From IMG/VR virus record IMGVR_UViG_3300047400_000214, positions 1 through 24,025 of that record: DNA of 24,025 bases; one strand, given 5' to 3'. Position 1 is the stretch's first letter; every line of letters starts with the position of its first letter. This document shows positions 7,992 through 19,338 of the stretch, piece after piece. The notes under the pieces were generated by a model that had not been told where the DNA came from, ran no database searches, and worked only from the letters and a program-made list of their open reading frames with translations. Made by a program: the position numbers and the translations under genes. Source of the stretch: a virus (Duplodnaviria; Caudoviricetes).

Positions 7992-8579
7992 ATGGACTTA
8001 AATAAATTAAAAGGACACATTCCTGATGCAGTGATAGATCAAATTCCTGATGTGATGACAAAGTTTAAGATTGATACAGCTCTTAAGCTAGCTCATTTCC
8101 TTTCTCAATGTGGTCATGAATCAGGTGGATTTAAGATTGTTAATGAAAACCTTAATTATGGAGCTAAAGGTTTACTTTCTGTATTCCCTAAATACTTTAA
8201 TGCTGAAACAGCAGCTTTATATGAACGTAAACCAGAAAAAATAGCTAATATAGTTTATGCTAACAGAATGGGTAATGGTGATAAATCATCAGGGGATGGA
8301 TATAAATTCAGAGGTAGAGGATTTATTCAGTTAACAGGAAAAGATAATTACACTGCATTTTCTAAAGCTATTGGTGAAGATTGTGTAGCTAATCCTGATT
8401 TAGTTGCTACTAAATATCCATTAGCATCGGCTGCTTGGTTCTTTACAAGATGTCTACCTAAATGTACTGATGCTTCTGATGCAGCTGTTACAGCAGTGAC
8501 TAAATGTGTTAATGGTGGAACTATTGGATTGGAAGATAGAAAGAAACATTTTAAAGAATATCACACTTTATTATCTTAA
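7992..8579 (+). CDS. Glycoside hydrolase family 19 endolysin
   Basis: AHFLSQCGHESGGF, ENLNY, YANRMGNG, GYKFRGRGFIQLTGKDNY, SAAWFF, VNGGTIGLEDR. Confidence 0.93.
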   Translation: MDLNKLKGHIPDAVIDQIPDVMTKFKIDTALKLAHFLSQCGHESGGFKIVNENLNYGAKGLLSVFPKYFNAETAALYERKPEKIANIVYANRMGNGDKSSGDGYKFRGRGFIQLTGKDNYTAFSKAIGEDCVANPDLVATKYPLASAAWFFTRCLPKCTDASDAAVTAVTKCVNGGTIGLEDRKKHFKEYHTLLS

Positions 8580-8581
8580 TT

Positions 8582-8905
8582 ATGGCTGTTAGAAGTGGAA
8601 ATGGTAGTGGTACAATAAATCTACCTAAATTTGAAGTACATAATCGTATTGTTTCTCTTAGTATAACTAATAGAGCAGGTAGTAGTATTACATTTACTAT
8701 TTACATAAAAGATTCTTTAAATCCTTCTTCTAGTGTAGCAATTAGTTCTGTAGCAGGAACTCTTTCTACAGGACAAGCTTATGTACGTGAATCTCCAATA
8801 GAGCTTAAAGCAAATAATTATATTTCTATTGTATCAAGTGGAAGTATTGATTACCACTTTACATATGATCTTGCATTTAATACATCCTTTGGACCTAAAT
8901 ATTAA
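8582..8905 (+). CDS. Small beta-rich putative virion protein
   Basis: 107 aa, Ser/Ile-rich, spaced 2-3 nt from its neighbours. Confidence 0.65.
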   Translation: MAVRSGNGSGTINLPKFEVHNRIVSLSITNRAGSSITFTIYIKDSLNPSSSVAISSVAGTLSTGQAYVRESPIELKANNYISIVSSGSIDYHFTYDLAFNTSFGPKY

Positions 8906-8908
8906 AAA

Positions 8909-10831
8909 ATGTCTGTAGACTCTAGAAAAGAACTCACTAATGGTAAATACATTGATGACCAAATGGCCAATGGAGTTCCTGCTGGTGGAAGTACAGGGCA
9001 AGTTTTAAAAAAAAATTCTAATTCAGATTATGATGTAGGATGGGGTGCTGGAGGTGGAGGGGGTACAGGTAGTGGAACTGTAACACAAGTAGATACAGCA
9101 GGATTAATATCTGGAGGACCTATCACTGATTCAGGTACTATTACTACTAATATGAATACCAATAAATTAGTTGGTAGATATGATAGTAATTCTGGTATAA
9201 TGCAAGAAATATCATTAGGAACTGGTATTTCTATAGTAGAAGGTACACTCACTGTTGCTGGTGTATCTGCAGGACAAGCTCTCACTAGAACAAATGATAC
9301 AAATGTCACTCTCACTTTAGGAGGATCTCCTACCACAGCTTTATTTGCTGCTACATCTCTTACACTTGGATGGACCGGTCAGCTTTCTGTAGCTAGAGGT
9401 GGTACAGGTCTTAGTACTTTAGGAACTGCTAATCAACTTCTTAGAGTGAATATAGGACAAACAGGTTTAGAATACTTCACTCCTGCTTTTGAACTTACAG
9501 CTAATAAAAATCAACCTAACGGTTATCCTGGATTAAATTCTAGTAGTGAAATTACATCTTCACAAGTGAAGGGTGTTTTACAATATACAGATTTTGCTTC
9601 TTTCCCTGCCACAGGAGATCAATATAAATTATACATTGATCAATCTACAAGACTTCATTATTATTGGAATCCTAATACATCTGCTTATGTAAAAATAGGT
9701 AGTTATAGTAGTGATTTTACTGTTTATTTAAAACAAACAGATGGATTTAAAACTTTTTTAAAGTGGAAAAATGGTGAAACTGTACCGGCTGCAGGTAAAC
9801 ATCCTCAAGAATTATTAAAACTTGGTGCTCAAGAAGGTATCCCTCCTGTTGTAGGTATATCATTAAGTGTTTCAAGTGTACCTTTTTATACTACATCTGT
9901 AAGTACTACAATAACTCTTACTAAAACTGTAAATCTTCCTGCCACTGCATTTTCTTCTGTTCTTTTAGAATGGAAAAGAAATAATGGATCAATATGGACT
10001 ACACTTAGTACAGATATAAATACAACAACTTATTCTTTTACTAATGCTAATAGTCCGGCAAATAATACTAATGCTTATAATTTTAGATACACTGTAGTGG
10101 ATAATGTAGGAGCATCTACAACGGTAACTACTGACTTAACAGTGCAAGGATATGCTGCTCCTAGTGTAGGTGGATTTACAACAAGTGGAGGATCAACAAG
10201 AGAGCTTGGTAATGTTGCTAGCACTGTAACAGGAACAATTTATAGAAATTCTCCTAACATTAATTTAGTTAGTTATCAAATTGAATATCAATTAAATGGT
10301 ACAGGTGCTTGGACAGCTATTGGTACACCAACTAATATTACAGCAGGAGTTAGTTCTGTAGATTTTAGTGTTAATCATGCTAGTTCTGCTGGAACATTAA
10401 ATGCCACTTCTATTTCTTATAGGGTGAAGGTGGCAGATGCTTATGTTTCTGTAACATATCTTGGTGAAGGAGATAATGTTGTTTATTTCTATATTAAAAG
10501 AATATTAGGGTTTAGTTCTAATACATCATTAACTGTAGCACAAATAAATGCAATAACAAATCTTGCAGATGTTAGTTTTACAAATAATGTTTATGCTGAT
10601 ATTTCTAATGTTACATCTGGTGGAGCAAACTACACTTATTATTGTTATTCATCATCAGCTACTGATATAACTAATATTACTTTAGATGGATCAGCTCCTG
10701 TAACTACATCATTTGTTAAACAAGTACCAGATGTAACAGGAACAAATTCTTATGGAGCAACAGTAACTTATAAAGTATATAAATCAGATGCTAAAGGTGC
10801 TTATACAAATAATCGTTTAACTATTTCATAA
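8909..10831 (+). CDS. Tail fibre/adhesin-like structural protein
   Basis: [40 protein letters not shown] and [13 protein letters not shown] fibre motifs, then Ig/FN3-like Thr/Ser-rich domains. Confidence 0.7.
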   Translation: MSVDSRKELTNGKYIDDQMANGVPAGGSTGQVLKKNSNSDYDVGWGAGGGGGTGSGTVTQVDTAGLISGGPITDSGTITTNMNTNKLVGRYDSNSGIMQEISLGTGISIVEGTLTVAGVSAGQALTRTNDTNVTLTLGGSPTTALFAATSLTLGWTGQLSVARGGTGLSTLGTANQLLRVNIGQTGLEYFTPAFELTANKNQPNGYPGLNSSSEITSSQVKGVLQYTDFASFPATGDQYKLYIDQSTRLHYYWNPNTSAYVKIGSYSSDFTVYLKQTDGFKTFLKWKNGETVPAAGKHPQELLKLGAQEGIPPVVGISLSVSSVPFYTTSVSTTITLTKTVNLPATAFSSVLLEWKRNNGSIWTTLSTDINTTTYSFTNANSPANNTNAYNFRYTVVDNVGASTTVTTDLTVQGYAAPSVGGFTTSGGSTRELGNVASTVTGTIYRNSPNINLVSYQIEYQLNGTGAWTAIGTPTNITAGVSSVDFSVNHASSAGTLNATSISYRVKVADAYVSVTYLGEGDNVVYFYIKRILGFSSNTSLTVAQINAITNLADVSFTNNVYADISNVTSGGANYTYYCYSSSATDITNITLDGSAPVTTSFVKQVPDVTGTNSYGATVTYKVYKSDAKGAYTNNRLTIS

Positions 10832-11604
10832 TGCCAATTTATAGACCTTCTGAATATCAGCATAATAATCAACTTCTTGCTATTGTTGATTCTAACTTTG
10901 TTAGAGGAGGAGGTAGAGTTGTTGCTAATTTAACTGCTTTATATGCATTGCCATCAGATCAATTAAAAGAACGTGTTACAAGAGTTTGGGTTACAGGATC
11001 TAGTGCTTATTATATTTTAATTAGTTTAGCTAATGCTAATAATGCAAATGGCTGGCAGGTGGAAAGTTCAGGAACAGGATCAGGTACAGTTACTTCTGTT
11101 GGTGGCACTGGTTCTGTAAATGGTATTACATTAACTGGTACAGTGACAACTTCAGGAAATTTAACATTAGGAGGAAGTTTATCTGGTGTAAACTTAACTA
11201 CTCAAGTTACAGGTAACTTACCTGTAAATAATTTAAATAATGGAACTAATGCTTCTGCTTCAACTTTTTGGAGAGGAGATGGAACATGGGCCACTCCATC
11301 TGGAGGAACAGGTGGTGGAATAACCAGAGTGGTAAGTAGTCCAACTCAAAATACCACTGCAGGAAACACTGCTAATACTGATTATGTATATTTTGTAAAT
11401 GGTAATTTTACAATTACTCTTCCTAATGCATCTGGTAATACTAATCAATACACTATAAAACATATAGGAGCAACTACTAATACAGTGTCAATAGCAACAA
11501 CTGCATCAGCAACTATAGATGGATCAACTGCACCAATTACAATCACTGTTCCTTATACATCAATCACTCTTGTTAGTAATGGAACAGGCTGGTTTATAAT
11601 ATAA
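10831..11604 (+). CDS. Tail fibre-like structural protein
   Basis: [39 protein letters not shown] motifs; TAATG coupling with the upstream gene. Confidence 0.7.
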   Translation: MPIYRPSEYQHNNQLLAIVDSNFVRGGGRVVANLTALYALPSDQLKERVTRVWVTGSSAYYILISLANANNANGWQVESSGTGSGTVTSVGGTGSVNGITLTGTVTTSGNLTLGGSLSGVNLTTQVTGNLPVNNLNNGTNASASTFWRGDGTWATPSGGTGGGITRVVSSPTQNTTAGNTANTDYVYFVNGNFTITLPNASGNTNQYTIKHIGATTNTVSIATTASATIDGSTAPITITVPYTSITLVSNGTGWFII

Positions 11605-11617
11605 AAAACTAAATAAT

Positions 11618-12184
11618 ATGGCATACAATCCTCAACCACCTTTAGGGCAAGATACAATGGCAAAATCTTTGCCTGTAGCTATTGCAAATAATCAAACAAA
11701 TGTTCCTGTTAGTGGAACAGTGACAGCTAATATATCAGGATCTATAGGTAATACATCTTTTATTGCAACACAGGGTACAGCCACCAATCTTAAAACTCAA
11801 GCTGAGAATTATGTAAATGGTGCTATAGTGAGTGCTACTAATCCATTGTTTGTATCACAAAACCCTCCAGGTATACTTGCATTAAGTGGAACAGTAACAA
11901 ATACTATATTAACTTTAGTAAATGCTTCTGCCACTGTTTATGGATGGTATGTATTTAATAATAATAATGTTCCTCTCTATCTTCAATTTTTTAATACAGC
12001 AAGTCCCACTCTTGGAACAACTGATCCTTATTATTCTATAGCAATTCCAGCATCATCTGGTGCTAACGTTTTTGGACCAGGTATTCTTCATAGTAATTCT
12101 ATTAAAATAGCTGCAACAACAGGAAGAAAAGATAATATATCAGGAGGAAATTTAGACTATAATATATTTTATAAAGCTAATTAA
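11618..12184 (+). CDS. Putative virion protein
   Basis: LGQDTMAKSLPVAIA, VSGTVTA, VYGWYVFN...YLQFFN motifs typical of phage structural clusters. Confidence 0.6.
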   Translation: MAYNPQPPLGQDTMAKSLPVAIANNQTNVPVSGTVTANISGSIGNTSFIATQGTATNLKTQAENYVNGAIVSATNPLFVSQNPPGILALSGTVTNTILTLVNASATVYGWYVFNNNNVPLYLQFFNTASPTLGTTDPYYSIAIPASSGANVFGPGILHSNSIKIAATTGRKDNISGGNLDYNIFYKAN

Positions 12185-12186
12185 TT

Positions 12187-15100
12187 ATGGCCACTAAATA
12201 CTGGGCAGGGACATCAACTAGTACTAGCTGGAGTGTGGCATCTAACTGGTATACTCCTCCATCTACTCCTGGAGGCACTCCACCTGCACGTACTATACCT
12301 GCTAAAGGAGATGATATTATTTTTGATGATGCTTATTCTCCATATTCATGTGTTATTAATGTTAATACAGCTTGGATAGAAAGTATTAATTTTTCTAATT
12401 GGACAGGGTCTCTTTCTGGTGCTACATATGCATTAACTGTTATGGGAGCCGTAACTTTTCCTCCTTCTTCTTCAAGAGCAGCTACACAATTTTATGGATT
12501 TACAGGTATTTTTACATTGTATGATGCAGGTCATTATCTTACATCATCTGGAATATATTATCAAATAGCAACAAACGGGTATGTTTTAAATTGTAATTTT
12601 ACTATAGTGGGTGGAAATGATACCACCTATGAATTTATTGATTATTTTAGAACTGCAAAAGTAACACATCAAATTGGCACTTTAATATTTTCTGGAAAAA
12701 ATTCAAGCAATACATATAATGCTTCTATAGGATCTATTATAATGACCACTCTTCCTAATCCTGCTCCTGGTATTTCATATTATCAAAAAATTATTTGTCG
12801 TAGTTCTGATGACACTGTAAAAGCATTAGAATTAAATGGATTACTCACTGGAGGAAACGTATTAGAACTTTATAATAGTTATATTTTTGATATAGAAAAT
12901 ATTTATATTACAGGAAATGCTACAGGAGCAAGGTATATTAAAGGTAATACTAGTTTTAATCAATTAAAAAATGTATTCTTTAGACATACAGGAACTGCTG
13001 ATTTTGGTTATACAACAATAGCAACTGCAGCAGAAAGTACATATTTAGGCTCAACATCTGGAAGATTTAGTGTTGTAAAAGGAAGTTACTTAAAAAATGT
13101 TTATTTTGAAACAAATTCAGCAACATCATGGGTTTCTACAGGAACAACAGGAAATATTAACATATATGGAGGAACAGAAGAAGAACCAGGTGTAATTAAT
13201 TTTGGTACAATTGCAGGAAGATTGACTATTCCTAATTTAGTATTTACATCTGGATGTTACACAGAAGTGATAACTAATAGTAAAATAATTGCAAATAATG
13301 ATCTTGGTACTACTTTAAATACTACTTTTACAGTTGCAGGGGGGTATTTAAAGTTTATGGATGAAATATTACCGTCTGGAACTAATGCAAATAGTGCTGG
13401 ATATGGATTAACTAATCTATATATAGATGATGGCACTGTAGAACTTTTAGAAGATTCTCGGTTTCTTGGTATAAGAATAGGAGGAAATAGTTCTTTAAAT
13501 GGATATGCAGATCTTATAACTCATTATGGAAAGTTTTTAAAACTTTATTATGGAAATGATGTTGGAAAACTTACTATAGGACCATACAGCCATATAAATA
13601 CATTTAATTTAAACTGTAAGTTAACAGCTTCTAATGGAATAAATATAATTTCTACTAGTAAAACATTAAACTGTAATGATGGTATTGCATGGAGTGGGAC
13701 AAGTAGTGCCACTGACACAGGATTGTTAGTACGTGGAACTTTAAATTTAAAAAAAGGAAGTATTGAAGCTGCCACTGAAAATGGTGATATTCATGTATAT
13801 CAATATGGTACACTTAATGTTGGACAAGAAGTACAATATCCTTATTGGTCTTCAAATCATTCATATTCATTAGGAGATGTTGTAATTCCTACAACAATTC
13901 AAACTGGTTATTATTATGAAGCATCATATATCACTGGAGATGGAATGTCAGGTTCTACTGAACCTGGTTATTGGCCACTTGGTGGAAGTTTTGTTGATAA
14001 TGAAGTGACATGGGTGGCTAAAAATTTTGTTACAGAACCAATAGGTGATATCAGATTTATGGATTTATATACAGAAGGAAATGAACAAATTGAATCTGGT
14101 TCTAAAATAACAATTTATAATAATATAAATTCTCATAGAGCAATAAATATAACAGGAGGTTCGTATGTAGAATTTAATACATTTGCTGGTAAAGAATTAA
14201 AATCTAGTTATGCAAGTGCATCTTATGGATTAATTACTGTTTCTGGTGCTGGTACTAATATTACTATTCCTGCAAATATTAATAATAGAAAAGGACTACT
14301 TACATCAACAGTAGGATCACTTACAGTAACTGGAGCATTTACTTATATAGCATCAGCAGGAGATGTTGGATCTATTGGATCTATTGGAGCAGATGCTAAT
14401 AGCACTTTAACAATTATTCCACCTACTGGATATGATACTTTTAAAATAACAAGTGGTATATCTACAGCATATGGAAATATAAATATGGGTAGTTCTACAA
14501 ACCCTGCTAATTTTATTATACCAGGTTATTCTGGTATAACATTACCTTTTGCAACAATTACTTATTGGCCTTCTAATAGTGGAACAGTTTTAAGAACTTT
14601 TACAAAAGGTGAAAAAATATTTCCCACTATTCCAAATGGTTATTTTTATGAAGTTACTAATCCAGGAAGTTATCAGGGACCAGAACCTAATTGGCCAACT
14701 ATATTGGGTGATTCAATTACACTTGGAAGTTTAATATTTACTTGTAGAATTTCTAAACTTGAAATTTATGGAAGTCCAAATGTTTATTTTTTAACTGTTA
14801 GAAACTCTGGAAATATTATAACTCATGAAGGAGATTTTTTTACTACAAGAACATTAACATTTGATAGTAAAAAAAATGTTGATCCAGATACAAATACAGT
14901 TGTTCCATTTGTTTTTAAATCAGGATGTTCAATAGGAGTAGGTGGAATGACAATTACATCTGGATGGCTAGTTTTTGGAGAAACGGTGCCTACAGAACCA
15001 GCAAGTTTAGCTAATAAAAAATATGTAGTAACAAATTCAACTTCTATTACACACACTGATGGTAAAATAGATTTTAATTATGAGTTAAATACTACAGTGT

Positions 15101-18100
15101 CAGAAGGAAGTGTTTCTAGTAATTACACATTAACAAAAGGAGATTTAAGTTTTAATAATAAAAGTGTTATACGGAGCTTTTCATCAAGTAATAGTAATAC
15201 AAGATCTCTAACAATAGCTTCAAATAAATCACTATTTCTTACTGGTTTCTATACAGTATGGTTAACTAATACAGATCCATCATTAACTATAAATGCTTTA
15301 GGATCTTCAATAATACTTACACAATCAGCTGATTACAGAGCTCTTGATACTGTTTTTAATGGAGGATATAATATAAATGCTGTAATTGATTCAGCTACAA
15401 AAACAGTCACTTCATATAGTATTATAAATGATAACATTAAATTTGGAACATTAGAGTTTAGAAAAGCACCTAGTGGTGGTACTGGTAGAAATTCAATTCT
15501 TGGTTCTAATAAATTTGAAAATATTATTGATGGTAATGCAGCTGTTCCACAGGCTCATACATTGTCTATTGAAGAAAATCAAGTTCAAGTTGTAGATAAC
15601 TTTAGTGTTAATGGATTAAATGCATCTAATAAAATTACATTAAGTTCCTGTAGTGCAGCTAATGCTCAAACTTCAAATTTGCATTATTTAGTAAGATCTT
15701 TTGATTTAGAAAATAGTATAACTGTTAATTATTTAGATATTTATCATTCTGCTGTCACTCCAGCTGCTTCTGGAGGAAGTGGTATATGGAATGCTAAAAA
15801 CTCTGTTAATAGAACAACAACTCTACCAAATTATGGATGGAATTTTATAAATGTTAGATATTGGGTGGGAGGCACTGATACATGGAATGCTACAGCTGCT
15901 AATAAATGGTCTTCTGATAAAGGAGGAATTGGAGGATCCACTGCACCCACTGTAAATGATGATGTAATATTTGATGACACTCCTGCTCCGGAATGGCAAG
16001 CACGTACTGCTTATACAGCTAATGTATCAATTGTTTCACCTTCTAGTGCTGATGCAACAGGATATTATTATATGGCTGTAGCAACTACAGGTAACAATAA
16101 ATCAGGAGATACACATCCAAATTGGCCTAATACATATGATCCAGATAATCCATCAAATAATCAATTTGTTGATAATAATGTTACATGGGAAACTAGAAAA
16201 GCTACAGTTACTTTTGGAACAGTTAGTTGTATGGACTTAACATTTAAAGGAGAAAGTGGAGAGAATCATTTTATAGGAAATATTGTTTCAGCTTCTACAA
16301 CTACAGTTAGTGTTAATGGAACATTTACTTTAGGAGATGAAGGTAATTTAGATTATACAGCATATTTAGGAACTTTTACATTTACAGGTAGTTCATTAAA
16401 TAATCAAATATTCACTGGTGGAAGAACTGTAACATTTGGTTTAATATTCACTCAAGCAGTTGATAATGCCACTTATACTTTTCCTGAATATTTTGTAACA
16501 AGTCCACGTACTAGAGTGACAATTAATAGAGGAGTTGTTAAATTTGAAGGTGTATCTGATGTTGCAAGTGCAGATAATCCTAATGTATATTATAATGCAT
16601 CAATAGGTGGTATAACAACAACTGGTACAACTAAAAGAAAAATTATTTTTGATGATATTGAATTAACAGGTGGAGTGACATCAAACTGGGATTCTTGGAG
16701 CTCAGCTGTTTTTGTATCAGGAACACCATCAAGTGATACATTAATAATATCTAGAAATAATATAAGCCCTTCTACTAATCTTTCTAATATTCATATAGGA
16801 GGACCTATAAGTACAGGATATAAAAATGTAGTGGGAAATATAACATATGCTATTCCTGCAAATATTATTTTTTATGGGAGAGCTTCTATGGTGGGTTTTT
16901 GTACAACAGCTTCTTTAATAAAAAATGTATATTTTAGAATTGCTGAATCATCTAATAGCACAAATATTTCTTTAATAACAGGTAGTATAGTGGTAGATGA
17001 TTTAGATTTTGGATTAACATATGGAAATTGGAATCAAACAATAGGAGGAGGAAGTATCACTTTGAATAAAAGTATAACACTTTCTACAATTATGACATAC
17101 AGTAATCCTCAAGATTTAATAATTAGTAATACAGGGACAAATGTATGTAATGTAACTATGAATGGGATAGCATATAAAGGAGGAATTACTGTATCTGCTG
17201 GAGTTTTAAATTTTATAGAAGAAAATACAAGTATTGACTTTTTTACAGCATCTGGAAATTCTAATAAAACTATAAATTTTTTAGATGAAGAAGTAGGAAT
17301 TAGTACATTAATTTTAACGGGAGCTAATGCAAACACTCCTACATGGAATTTTCCTAGTACAATATCCAATTTAACATTTAATAACTTAAATAAAGCTATT
17401 ATTAAATTTACTAATGAAACAGCTACAGCTTTAATATTTGAAGGAGGAAATAGAACTTATGGCACTGTATGGTTTAATAGAAATAATTCATTAGCTAATG
17501 GTGTTATAACAATAAGAGGTAATAATACTTTTGATTATTTAAAAGATGGAAATTTATACACTGAAAATGGTAATCCAATTACAAATTTTACAGATATTCC
17601 AGCTCACACATTAGCTTTTGCAGATGGAAGTACTCAATATATAAAGAAAGACTTTTTAGTGAGTGGACAGGCTAATAAAAAAATAACTTTAGATAATGTT
17701 GGAACAGGAACAACTAATTTTACATTAGTAAATCAAGCTCCAAATCCTTATGTAAATTGTTATTTTTTAACTATCCAAAATTCAACAGTTAGTCCTTATA
17801 CTGCTCCAGATCCAAATGCAGATCCCCCAATACAAGAACAATTTTTTTGGTATGCTAATGCTAGTAATGTTGGTACAGGTCCTAATATAGGATGGCAAAT
17901 TCTTGATGATAGATATTGGATTGGTGGAACACCTGATGCTAATGGTTATTATCAATGGACTAATACTGCTAATTGGGCTCTTTCTGCAGATGGTACTGGT
18001 CCAAATGCTGGTGCTCCTACAACATCTTCTAATGCTTATTTTACAAGTTATTTTTCAGATCCTGTTACATTAAATGCAGTAGCAAATAGTAGTCAAGTTT

Positions 18101-19299
18101 TAAATTGTCATGATTTAATATGTAGTCATCCTGTACATGGAAATTACACTGGTATATTTAGAGGATATTTAGGATTTAGAGTTGGTTTTACTACACTTGG
18201 TAATATAGTATTAAGTCCTGATTTATTTAATGCTAGTGACCCATTAACTGGAAGTGCTTGGTATATAGGAGGAGCTAATAATAGCACTATAAATTTAGAT
18301 TTTAATAATAATCAAGTATCATTACCAATATTTCTTGGAAGAAGTGGAAACAATATTACATATAATTTAAAAAGCAATTTAACAGCAATAAATGATATAA
18401 AATTAAGTGGAACTTGTATTTTTAATACAGGATATATTGCAGATGGTGTTACAACTTCTTATGATATAATAGCTAATACTTTTACAACATATATCTCTAC
18501 TAATGTAACATTAAATTTATTTAATAGTAATATTTATTTAACTGGTTATTATAATGGATTTGGATGGCTTCCTTGGCAAATTCCAAATACAACAGTTACA
18601 GTTAATGCAGGAAATAGTAATATAGTGGTAACACCAATGGCCACTGGAACATTTAGAACAGGAGTTGCTTTTGAAGGAGGAGGACAAACTTATTATAATT
18701 TAACGTTTTTAAGGGATAGAGTAGCTAAAACATGGACTCCAGATACATATTATATTATAGATGATATAATAGTTCCTACAACTCCTAACGGATATTATTA
18801 TAGAGCATCTGATTTTGGAAAATCAGGAAACACAGAACCTGTATGGAATACAGATGTTGGAACCAATCCAACAACTGATTATACAATTTCATGGATTTGT
18901 ATGAGTAGTTTAGGAAACATTGTTAATCAAATAGCTATTTATGGAGATAACACTTTTAATAATATTACTGCAATAGGAGGAAAAGGATATAATTTTTATT
19001 TTATACCTGATACAAATCCTGGCACAATAACAAATACTGTTAATAAACTTAATATATCTGGTAGAGCAGGAGGTATTGTAACAATTGCTAATTATTATGG
19101 TGGCACTAGATGGAATATTGTTTCTTCATCTGCAACTGATATTAGTGTTTGTAATTATGTAAGTGTTGTTAATTCTGATGCCACTCCTCCAGATAAATTT
19201 TATGTGGGAGTTATGAGTAGTATAGTTAGTTCAACAGGATGGGGTAATTATGTTTCTCAAGGTAATAAAGAACTATTATTATTAGGAGTGGGACAATAA
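12187..19299 (+). CDS. Giant (2370 aa) repeat-containing virion adhesin/tailspike-like protein
   Basis: Uninterrupted ORF rich in T/N/G/S/I; three units each starting (K/R)YWxG and ending in a GW motif; four inserted Trp/Tyr-rich modules. Confidence 0.75.
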   Translation: MATKYWAGTSTSTSWSVASNWYTPPSTPGGTPPARTIPAKGDDIIFDDAYSPYSCVINVNTAWIESINFSNWTGSLSGATYALTVMGAVTFPPSSSRAATQFYGFTGIFTLYDAGHYLTSSGIYYQIATNGYVLNCNFTIVGGNDTTYEFIDYFRTAKVTHQIGTLIFSGKNSSNTYNASIGSIIMTTLPNPAPGISYYQKIICRSSDDTVKALELNGLLTGGNVLELYNSYIFDIENIYITGNATGARYIKGNTSFNQLKNVFFRHTGTADFGYTTIATAAESTYLGSTSGRFSVVKGSYLKNVYFETNSATSWVSTGTTGNINIYGGTEEEPGVINFGTIAGRLTIPNLVFTSGCYTEVITNSKIIANNDLGTTLNTTFTVAGGYLKFMDEILPSGTNANSAGYGLTNLYIDDGTVELLEDSRFLGIRIGGNSSLNGYADLITHYGKFLKLYYGNDVGKLTIGPYSHINTFNLNCKLTASNGINIISTSKTLNCNDGIAWSGTSSATDTGLLVRGTLNLKKGSIEAATENGDIHVYQYGTLNVGQEVQYPYWSSNHSYSLGDVVIPTTIQTGYYYEASYITGDGMSGSTEPGYWPLGGSFVDNEVTWVAKNFVTEPIGDIRFMDLYTEGNEQIESGSKITIYNNINSHRAINITGGSYVEFNTFAGKELKSSYASASYGLITVSGAGTNITIPANINNRKGLLTSTVGSLTVTGAFTYIASAGDVGSIGSIGADANSTLTIIPPTGYDTFKITSGISTAYGNINMGSSTNPANFIIPGYSGITLPFATITYWPSNSGTVLRTFTKGEKIFPTIPNGYFYEVTNPGSYQGPEPNWPTILGDSITLGSLIFTCRISKLEIYGSPNVYFLTVRNSGNIITHEGDFFTTRTLTFDSKKNVDPDTNTVVPFVFKSGCSIGVGGMTITSGWLVFGETVPTEPASLANKKYVVTNSTSITHTDGKIDFNYELNTTVSEGSVSSNYTLTKGDLSFNNKSVIRSFSSSNSNTRSLTIASNKSLFLTGFYTVWLTNTDPSLTINALGSSIILTQSADYRALDTVFNGGYNINAVIDSATKTVTSYSIINDNIKFGTLEFRKAPSGGTGRNSILGSNKFENIIDGNAAVPQAHTLSIEENQVQVVDNFSVNGLNASNKITLSSCSAANAQTSNLHYLVRSFDLENSITVNYLDIYHSAVTPAASGGSGIWNAKNSVNRTTTLPNYGWNFINVRYWVGGTDTWNATAANKWSSDKGGIGGSTAPTVNDDVIFDDTPAPEWQARTAYTANVSIVSPSSADATGYYYMAVATTGNNKSGDTHPNWPNTYDPDNPSNNQFVDNNVTWETRKATVTFGTVSCMDLTFKGESGENHFIGNIVSASTTTVSVNGTFTLGDEGNLDYTAYLGTFTFTGSSLNNQIFTGGRTVTFGLIFTQAVDNATYTFPEYFVTSPRTRVTINRGVVKFEGVSDVASADNPNVYYNASIGGITTTGTTKRKIIFDDIELTGGVTSNWDSWSSAVFVSGTPSSDTLIISRNNISPSTNLSNIHIGGPISTGYKNVVGNITYAIPANIIFYGRASMVGFCTTASLIKNVYFRIAESSNSTNISLITGSIVVDDLDFGLTYGNWNQTIGGGSITLNKSITLSTIMTYSNPQDLIISNTGTNVCNVTMNGIAYKGGITVSAGVLNFIEENTSIDFFTASGNSNKTINFLDEEVGISTLILTGANANTPTWNFPSTISNLTFNNLNKAIIKFTNETATALIFEGGNRTYGTVWFNRNNSLANGVITIRGNNTFDYLKDGNLYTENGNPITNFTDIPAHTLAFADGSTQYIKKDFLVSGQANKKITLDNVGTGTTNFTLVNQAPNPYVNCYFLTIQNSTVSPYTAPDPNADPPIQEQFFWYANASNVGTGPNIGWQILDDRYWIGGTPDANGYYQWTNTANWALSADGTGPNAGAPTTSSNAYFTSYFSDPVTLNAVANSSQVLNCHDLICSHPVHGNYTGIFRGYLGFRVGFTTLGNIVLSPDLFNASDPLTGSAWYIGGANNSTINLDFNNNQVSLPIFLGRSGNNITYNLKSNLTAINDIKLSGTCIFNTGYIADGVTTSYDIIANTFTTYISTNVTLNLFNSNIYLTGYYNGFGWLPWQIPNTTVTVNAGNSNIVVTPMATGTFRTGVAFEGGGQTYYNLTFLRDRVAKTWTPDTYYIIDDIIVPTTPNGYYYRASDFGKSGNTEPVWNTDVGTNPTTDYTISWICMSSLGNIVNQIAIYGDNTFNNITAIGGKGYNFYFIPDTNPGTITNTVNKLNISGRAGGIVTIANYYGGTRWNIVSSSATDISVCNYVSVVNSDATPPDKFYVGVMSSIVSSTGWGNYVSQGNKELLLLGVGQ

Positions 19300-19317
19300 T
19301 TTGGTAATTTTTTATAA

Positions 19318-19338
19318 TTTTCTTATATTATATTATAT
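19318..19338 (+). promoter_or_regulatory. Candidate phage late promoter motif, copy 2
   Basis: TTTTCTTATATTATATTATAT running directly into ATG 19337. Confidence 0.45.

Noticed and set aside
6620-17369. Minus-strand ORFs 6620-6808, 9028-9336, 11260-11463, 13548-13775, 14823-15056, 17109-17369
   Set aside because: Antisense to long structural or lysis genes; explained by codon bias.
8909-19299. Diversity-generating retroelement or invertible fibre cassette
   Set aside because: No reverse transcriptase or recombinase, and no near-identical DNA repeat pair seen; the repeats are protein-level only. A template outside the window cannot be excluded.
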